21,217 bases of DNA, taken from sequence record NZ_CP073098.1. One strand, 5' to 3'. Every line of letters begins with the position of its first letter. Position 1 is the first letter of the stretch. The notes beneath the pieces were generated by a model. That model was not told where the DNA came from, did not search any database, and saw only the letters and a program-made list of their open reading frames with translations. Position numbers and translations under genes: made by a program. The DNA is from a plasmid. This document shows positions 15,516 to 21,217 of this stretch, in pieces.

Positions 15516-16820
15516 CTACTTAGACAGGGGAATATAGGTGGTTTTCGAAGAGTCAATGGTCGATCGCAAAGTGCCGGCGAACTTTCCCCAGATCTGCGAA
15601 CCAATGTGATCGGAGCTAAAAGGGCCCTGAACTTTAGAGGTTTGAGTTGGACCAAAAGATTCAATAATGAGCCGTACCCACGTTTTATCCGAGTCGGTAT
15701 AGGACGCCTTTGTCTCCTCATTGTCAAAAATGAGATCGTCTTCATCCGCAGAAGGCTCCGTAACCTCGTCGAAGCGAACATTGAGAACTCGGCCATCGCC
15801 TTCTGGATGATCATCGGTAGTGACTAAGGAGAAACCGTCATCAGAAATCCGATCCACGGTTACTTTGTTTTTAACTCCGCCCATACCTGTAAAAGTGCAT
15901 ACGGAGCCCTCGGTAATTTCGTCAGGACACCCTGAGAGAGGAAAGTACTTATCCATGTTTTGGATAACCTCTCGATAGACACCCGTTGCATGCCACCGCT
16001 TAAGTTCCGACTTGGAAAAGAGAGGGTAAACCTGACGGTAGCTAGAGATTTTCTTTTTATCGAACGAAGCTAAAGCCTTGCCAGTAGGTTCAAAATACTG
16101 AATAGATCCGCCCTGGAAATCCTGCTTTATGCCTCCGCCTGCAGCGTATTTTTCCGATGTGGGAAACTTCAACGAGCTACGCTCCCATCCCTGACTTCCC
16201 CAGAAATCCCGGATGGGGCCAGAAATACTATGGACCCCGCTAGCTTGTGACCAGTAGATAGATCCGCCTTGAAAATGGTTGTAGCGCCCAGTCTTTTCTG
16301 GGGTAAGCAACTCATCAGTGGTTGGGTACCCTAGCTCACCGGTCTCCCAGCCTTGCTGAGCCCATTTATCGCGAATGCCTCCCCACACTTGATGAGCATC
16401 AGTCTCTGGCGACCAGTAGATAGACCCGCCCTGGAAATGGTTAAACCGCCCCTTGCCATCAGGGGTCTTCAACTCATCGGTAATGGGATATCCCAAGGCT
16501 GCGCCTTCCCAGCCAAGATCTCCCCACTTATTGCGGATACGCCCACCCACCTGGTGAGCAATTCCATTATCTACACCAGCATGCCAGTAAATGGAGGCAT
16601 CCTTAGCGAACACCTGGAACCGACCATTATTTTTAGCTACACGCTCATCAGTTGTAGCGTCACCAAAAGTCTTCCACCCACCAAGCCGGTGATACGCCTC
16701 TTCAATACGACCACCAATCCAATGACCGTGAAAAACCTTGGCACTTGAAACACCAGCACCAGCAAAAGTAACACTTGCACATACCGCAATAGTTGCAGTC
16801 AACTTCTTAGCGAATTTCAT
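15516..16820 (-). CDS. Secreted LGFP-repeat protein (4 N-terminal LGFP cell-wall-binding repeats plus a C-terminal domain of about 200 aa of unknown function)
   Basis: Signal peptide MKFAKKLTATIAVCASVTFAGAGVSSA. Repeats such as LGYPTTDE…GRYNHFQGGSIYWS occur four times. ATG at 16820 with AAAGGG RBS. Confidence 0.8.
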   Translation of the reverse strand: MKFAKKLTATIAVCASVTFAGAGVSSAKVFHGHWIGGRIEEAYHRLGGWKTFGDATTDERVAKNNGRFQVFAKDASIYWHAGVDNGIAHQVGGRIRNKWGDLGWEGAALGYPITDELKTPDGKGRFNHFQGGSIYWSPETDAHQVWGGIRDKWAQQGWETGELGYPTTDELLTPEKTGRYNHFQGGSIYWSQASGVHSISGPIRDFWGSQGWERSSLKFPTSEKYAAGGGIKQDFQGGSIQYFEPTGKALASFDKKKISSYRQVYPLFSKSELKRWHATGVYREVIQNMDKYFPLSGCPDEITEGSVCTFTGMGGVKNKVTVDRISDDGFSLVTTDDHPEGDGRVLNVRFDEVTEPSADEDDLIFDNEETKASYTDSDKTWVRLIIESFGPTQTSKVQGPFSSDHIGSQIWGKFAGTLRSTIDSSKTTYIPLSK

Positions 16821-17116
16821 CCGTAGCCCTTTCACGCCACCGCTTTTAAGAACAGCTGAACACCAGATAATTGGCAGCCGGAGTTAGGGTATCGCTACGG
16901 TTATACACAGTCCATAGATATGTGTTTAGAAACTTTCTCTAAAACTAAATAATTCGCTAAAACGCCAGATAGACACATGTACAGACTCGATTTTCGCGTC
17001 TCGTGAAAGGCGGGCAGAATAACCTATATAAGGGGTATATATAACTCTAAACTAAACATTTACACTGCACATTCAGGCTGGGCAGTGTACACATTGCACG
17101 TCAACGATGCACTTAG

Positions 17117-17416
17117 GTGGGTGTAGCGGTGGCTGACATTGTGTATGAAGCCCAGGACACGCACCTGTGCACCCTATTCATCAAAGCCCACGGGGACGGT
17201 GGAGACTACGAGTACGAGCTAGACGCCGCCAAACACTTGCAGGTATTACAGGCGGAACTGCCTGCCACTTCCCCACTGGCCCGCGACGCCGGCACACTCG
17301 CTAAGTTTGTGTGCGCAGCACAAAGGAATCTGTCTCAACAACGGCCCGCAGATAATCCCGACGAACTTCTAGACTTAGCCACCAGTCTCAAAGAAAGGCT
17401 GGAAGGCGCTCAATAA
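17117..17416 (+). CDS. Hypothetical protein, about 90-99 aa (start ambiguous: GTG 17117, 17129 or 17144)
   Basis: Open frame ending exactly before a strong tandem-hairpin terminator. No clear RBS. Confidence 0.4.
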   Translation: MGVAVADIVYEAQDTHLCTLFIKAHGDGGDYEYELDAAKHLQVLQAELPATSPLARDAGTLAKFVCAAQRNLSQQRPADNPDELLDLATSLKERLEGAQ

Positions 17417-17423
17417 AAGGAAA

Positions 17424-17495
17424 CTCCCCTAGTGCTTCTCGTCGTTGGAAGCACTAGGGGAGAAGCCACCTGCGGGGGTTGTGGCTTTTTATTTT
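17424..17495 (+). terminator. Strong intrinsic terminator: perfect 15-bp stem (17424..17462), then a second hairpin GCCAC…GTGGC, then TTTTTATTTT
   Basis: CTCCCCTAGTGCTTC / GAAGCACTAGGGGAG with a 9-nt loop, and a T-run at 17486..17495. Confidence 0.7.
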
Positions 17496-17659
17496 CCTTC
17501 CGTCCGACTATGCGCCGGGGGAAGTGCGCTGCGGACACCCAAAACCATACCGCCTTACAGCGCGCCCGCAACCGCAGCAACCCTAGAGCTGAGATAACAA
17601 GCTAGGCCTACTCGGTGGAATTCCCTCGACAGGTGTTTAACTTCTAAAATTGTGGGATA

Positions 17660-17780
17660 CACATGTATACATATACGCATGTGTATACATGTGTATATGA
17701 TGAGTTCTTTTAACCTGGCCCCTATCTACGATAGTCATCCGCATAGCATGACATACACACATATGCATGTCGCTACCTGG
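17660..17780. promoter_or_regulatory. Candidate partition centromere / parA operator upstream of parA: palindromic TGTATACA at 17664..17671 and 17682..17689, a half copy TGTATAT at 17692, and related ACATAC/ATGCATG repeats at 17748..17775
   Basis: Repeated 8-bp palindromes directly upstream of parA. Confidence 0.4.
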
Positions 17781-17810
17781 ATAAAATATCCTTAAAGCTA
17801 TTCTCGCTTT

Positions 17811-18407
17811 ATGACTCGAGTAGTTTCCGTGATTCAGTCGAAGGGCGGGACGGGGAAGACCACACTTTCGGTGATGCTCGCAGAGGCAATTCGGAAGATG
17901 GGTTATGCGGTTGCGGTCGCAGACGGCGATCCCCAGCAATCTGCCACCCGATGGGCAAGCAAAGTAGAAGACTTTCCATTTCCTATCGAATCTGTCCGCA
18001 GTTCAAGTGATTTCTCCGGAGTCGTTAGGAGAGGGAATAACCCGGACTTTCTTATAGTTGACACCCCTCCAGGTGGTTTAGCTTTCATTACCGAAAGTGC
18101 CGAGGCTGCCGATCTGGTCCTTCTTCCAACTGGTGTTTCTCCAATGGATATTGACCGGACTCAGGTAACGCTTTCTTGGCTAATAGAAATGGGGATACCG
18201 ACAGCAGTCGTTCTGTCGAATGTAGATAAGAGAGAAAAACTTCTAGACGAAGTCCATGCCGAGCTGGAAGGTGATGAAACCGCTGCCCTTGCTGAGACAG
18301 TCATCCCAACAAGGGCAGCGACGCGTCGCGCCTTCGGAACAAAGCCAAAAAGTACGAAAGTTTGGGCTTCTTTAGCTCAAGAAGTAGTCGCAGCATTTGA
18401 GGATTAA
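17811..18407 (+). CDS. parA: ParA/Soj-family partition ATPase (small type Ib, 198 aa)
   Basis: Deviant Walker A KGGTGKTT; the MinD/ParA-like fold continues through the rest of the protein. Confidence 0.85.
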   Translation: MTRVVSVIQSKGGTGKTTLSVMLAEAIRKMGYAVAVADGDPQQSATRWASKVEDFPFPIESVRSSSDFSGVVRRGNNPDFLIVDTPPGGLAFITESAEAADLVLLPTGVSPMDIDRTQVTLSWLIEMGIPTAVVLSNVDKREKLLDEVHAELEGDETAALAETVIPTRAATRRAFGTKPKSTKVWASLAQEVVAAFED

Positions 18408-18417
18408 GGGGTAAACA

Positions 18418-18654
18418 ATGGCAATTCCAAAAGCTAAAAATAAGACACAGAAAGGATTATCTGAAAATAGTTCAGAATCCTCTCCTTCAACAAAGATGTT
18501 CGCTCAAGCCAATGATAAAGCGACACGCCTTCAACTGTATGTCCGCGATCGGCAACTGATTAAGGAGCTTAAACTCGCTTCAGTAGAAGAAGAGAAGAGC
18601 ATATCCCAACTTTTTGAAGAGTGGGCCACACAGTGGCTCGAGGGAAGAGGCTAA
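18418..18654 (+). CDS. ParG-like RHH centromere-binding protein (disordered Lys-rich N-terminal tail plus RHH)
   Basis: TRLQLYVRDRQLIKELKLASVEEEKSISQLFEEWATQWL matches the strand/helix/helix pattern. Lies 10 nt after parA. Confidence 0.7.
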   Translation: MAIPKAKNKTQKGLSENSSESSPSTKMFAQANDKATRLQLYVRDRQLIKELKLASVEEEKSISQLFEEWATQWLEGRG

Positions 18655-18659
18655 CCATT

Positions 18660-18715
18660 AGTATGCATATGCGTATGTACGTGTATGCATACATACGTAT
18701 ACGGGTATATATCTT
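18660..18715. repeat. Second cluster of palindromic repeats (GTATGCATAC, GTATAC, CGTATGTACG) downstream of the partition genes
   Basis: Related to the TGTATACA repeats upstream of parA. Located between the parG-like stop and the traA stop. Confidence 0.35.
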
Positions 18716-18740
18716 TTCCGCGCTTTGACCTCTCCACTTT

Positions 18741-21217
18741 CTAGAGCTCTGGGCCAGTATCTTGTTGCTGCTCTTCTAGGTCTGGGGCGTAGTCGGTATT
18801 GTCGTAGTCCTCGTTATCGTCAGATGCGTCCTCGTAGCTATCGTCGGATTCGCCGAGTCCGAGTCCTGCCAAGAAGTCCATGCTTGCCTGTGCTCCGGGG
18901 TGGAGTTCATAGTCGTCGTCCTCGACTACATCATGAACCGGGGCGTTGCCGTTGTCGACAAAAATCCTGTACTTGCTCAACGGGTCTACATCGTCGGCAA
19001 TCTTATGCTCAATCTCATCGGGCAGGTAGTCGGTGTCCTGGTAGACCTCTGGGTCATCGAACTCGGCCTGCTTCTGGTTTTCCGTCGCGTTGGTATCAAC
19101 GGTGTCTGCCGCATCCTCATAGGTGTCAAGGTCAGCGGTGTCGTTGTGTTCTGGCTGGGTAAACGCCGTGGTGGAAAGTGGCGCGTGCTGGACTGCGTGC
19201 GGGTTATGGCGGCGCAGCCACTCGTCAAGTTCCATGTCGGTGCGTGAGGTAATCGGCGGGAGCTGATTACGATGCCCGGTATCCAGCCGGTCAAACTCTA
19301 GGTCGAGTCGGTAGCGGATAAGCCGGGCAATGTCTTCGGCGTTGTCGGTATCAACCGTGGCGTGTTGCATGGCTGCTCGCGGGTCGATTCCGGCATCAAT
19401 CATCTTCGTCCACGCATGGCGAATAGGCTTAGTGCCCTCGTCGGATTCTTCTAGCTGCTTTATCTGATGTGCTGGCAGGGTGTCGATCCAGTCGGGTAAG
19501 TAGGCGTCGATGAAGTCGTTGATAGCGTCATCGCGGCCAAGGTTCCACAGGCGGGTGATGCGCTCGGGGCTGGTTTGTTCGTCGATGACTTCGCGGACAA
19601 TATCGTGGGCGGCGCGTGGGTTGGTGTCTTTGGATACGACATAGTTAAAGACGTCTTGTGCTCCAGGCGCGTTTGCGTTGCCGATGTAGTGGTAGTGACC
19701 ATCTTCGGCATCCGGGTCAAGGATATGTTCGGTGACGGCATAGATGTGGTTGGCAAGCTTGCCACGGGTCAGTGCCACGTACATGCCTGCTCGGTCAACG
19801 GACTGGTCGATTACCGCGCGGGTGACATCGACGGTTGTGCCCTGGGCGCGATAGACGGTGGCCGCGTAACCGAGTTGAACGTTCTCGCGCACATAATCAG
19901 CCGGGAGGTGTTTGATATGACCTTTATCGTCGGTGGCGATGATGCTTCCATCGTCGCGAATATCAGCCAGGGTGAGCAGTTCACCGTTGGTTACTCGCGT
20001 GGTTGCCCCGGTGTTCTGGTCGCTGAAAACGCGGTTTTGGCGCGTGAGGATAGTATCTCCCAGACCAGCGCTCTCGCCGCGCGCGATAGTAATCGTGTGC
20101 TCGTTGTCGACCTCTCCGCAGGCAATACGGTGGGAGCGAATCATGGTGTTTAGTGCCACCACGTCTTTGTTGGTGGCTGCGATAAGCAGGCTGTTATGGC
20201 CGTTGGCAACATCGGAAAGGTAGTCGCTTACGGCACTTTCCAGCATGCTAGAACGCCCACCGCCGTGAACCCAGCCGCGCTGATTGTAGAAGTCGAACGT
20301 GGAGGTATCACCCTCGCGCAGGCGCAAGCTGGCGGCAGATTGCTCACTGTCACCGCCGAAGCGAATGACTTCGGAAAGCTGGTTATCGGCGCGCTCGTTT
20401 TCTTTGACCATCGCACCAAAAAGCCCGCCGTTTTCGACTGCGCCGAGCTGTTTGTGGTCGCCGACAAAGCGCACGACTGCGCCGGCGTCTTCGGCGATTT
20501 CAATCAGTGAGCCGATGTTGGGGGTCGAGACCATGCCGGCCTCGTCGACCAAAATCATGTCGCCGGGATTAATCTCAACCGGCAAATCTTTCACGCTATA
20601 ACCATCCTTGTTGGGGTGGTTTCCGCGCCACGTAAAGGTCAGTTTATCGACTGTTAGTGCCTGGGTTCCGAGGTCTTGGGAGAGTACGTCAGCGGCTTGT
20701 GCCGAGGGTGCTAGGCCGATGACTTTGTTGCCTTTTTGTGCCCATACGTCAGCAACCAAGCGCAGCGATGCGGTCTTACCGGTACCGGCAGGACCGACAC
20801 CAGTAGCAGCGAGTGTGCCGCAGTTAAGCAGGTAGCGTGCCATTGCTTCCTGGCCGGAGTTGAGCCTAAAACCGGCCTGCTTTTCGTGAGCATCAACAGC
20901 TGAATCAATAGCTGCTGAGTCGGCAAATTCCGCTACTGGTTCATCTAGTGCGGCGAGTGCTTTAGCTTCGGTATCCAAGATTTCCTGGGTGGTAAAAAAC
21001 TGCGAATCGGCGAAACTATCGCGCGACAAACCACGCTGGGTTTTAAGCCGTTCAGGCAAGTCCAGCATCTCGAAATCGTTAAGCGCAATGGCTTGTTCTT
21101 CCACAATTAGCTCGGTCATGGAGTCGTGGATGATGTTGCGTTCAGTCACTGATTCGAAGCGATATGCCTGAAGTTTTTGCGCCACAGCCGTTGAAATATG
21201 GGACTTGCGGAAATAGG
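18741..21217 (-). CDS. traA: Conjugative relaxase TraA, helicase (AAA_30/UvrD_C-like) and C-terminal acidic-tail part; partial, runs off the right edge
   Basis: Walker A GPAGTGKT; the RecD-like helicase region spans the middle of the fragment. The ORF is open to the window end and frame-compatible with the N-terminal fragment at 1..1342. Confidence 0.9.
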   Translation of the reverse strand, partial: YFRKSHISTAVAQKLQAYRFESVTERNIIHDSMTELIVEEQAIALNDFEMLDLPERLKTQRGLSRDSFADSQFFTTQEILDTEAKALAALDEPVAEFADSAAIDSAVDAHEKQAGFRLNSGQEAMARYLLNCGTLAATGVGPAGTGKTASLRLVADVWAQKGNKVIGLAPSAQAADVLSQDLGTQALTVDKLTFTWRGNHPNKDGYSVKDLPVEINPGDMILVDEAGMVSTPNIGSLIEIAEDAGAVVRFVGDHKQLGAVENGGLFGAMVKENERADNQLSEVIRFGGDSEQSAASLRLREGDTSTFDFYNQRGWVHGGGRSSMLESAVSDYLSDVANGHNSLLIAATNKDVVALNTMIRSHRIACGEVDNEHTITIARGESAGLGDTILTRQNRVFSDQNTGATTRVTNGELLTLADIRDDGSIIATDDKGHIKHLPADYVRENVQLGYAATVYRAQGTTVDVTRAVIDQSVDRAGMYVALTRGKLANHIYAVTEHILDPDAEDGHYHYIGNANAPGAQDVFNYVVSKDTNPRAAHDIVREVIDEQTSPERITRLWNLGRDDAINDFIDAYLPDWIDTLPAHQIKQLEESDEGTKPIRHAWTKMIDAGIDPRAAMQHATVDTDNAEDIARLIRYRLDLEFDRLDTGHRNQLPPITSRTDMELDEWLRRHNPHAVQHAPLSTTAFTQPEHNDTADLDTYEDAADTVDTNATENQKQAEFDDPEVYQDTDYLPDEIEHKIADDVDPLSKYRIFVDNGNAPVHDVVEDDDYELHPGAQASMDFLAGLGLGESDDSYEDASDDNEDYDNTDYAPDLEEQQQDTGPEL

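Noticed and set aside
18725-20601. Plus-strand ORFs antisense to traA (18725..19162, 18900..19247, 19575..20153, 20196..20510 and others)
   Set aside because: Embedded in a well-supported helicase gene on the opposite strand; no independent signals.

Overview
The window reads as a near-complete, circularly permuted plasmid of about 21.2 kb, cut inside its relaxase gene. The best taxonomic guess is a Corynebacterium or Mycobacteriales-type mobilizable plasmid, based on LGFP repeats, a MOBF/TraA relaxase and 55-60 % GC core genes. Backbone: (i) a MOBF/TrwC-family relaxase-helicase traA split across the window ends. The N-terminal relaxase domain lies at 1..1342(-) and the helicase/C-terminal part at 18741..21217(-), and the two pieces are frame-continuous across the junction. 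(ii) A theta-type replication module: a ribbon-helix-helix (RHH) gene, a long leader with a predicted antisense RNA, repA, then about 9 iterons of 22 bp, a perfect DnaA box and an AT-rich stretch. (iii) A type-Ib-like partition cassette, parA plus a small RHH centromere-binding gene, flanked on both sides by TGTATACA/GTATGCATAC palindromic repeats. (iv) A serine recombinase (resolvase), plus three copies of a 20-bp palindrome GTCCYGCCATATGGCRGGAC with a central AT. Two of these copies sit inside about 73-bp direct repeats. Together they bracket a non-coding segment and a low-GC two-gene cassette. (v) A stand-alone DEDDh (DnaQ-like) 3'-5' exonuclease. Accessory cargo: a tightly packed four-gene minus-strand operon (9847..16820). 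It encodes an LGFP-repeat cell-wall protein, a secreted protein, and a 1247-aa Sec-signal protein with ALF-like repeats, two Ala/Gln-rich helical blocks and a C-terminal WHH/HNH-type nuclease toxin domain. The last gene is a SUKH/SMI1-KNR4 immunity protein. In other words, a plasmid-borne polymorphic toxin/immunity system with unusual surface-display accessories. The relaxase and an unrelated 334-aa protein share a near-identical C-terminal motif plus an acidic tail, which may be a common translocation or docking signal.
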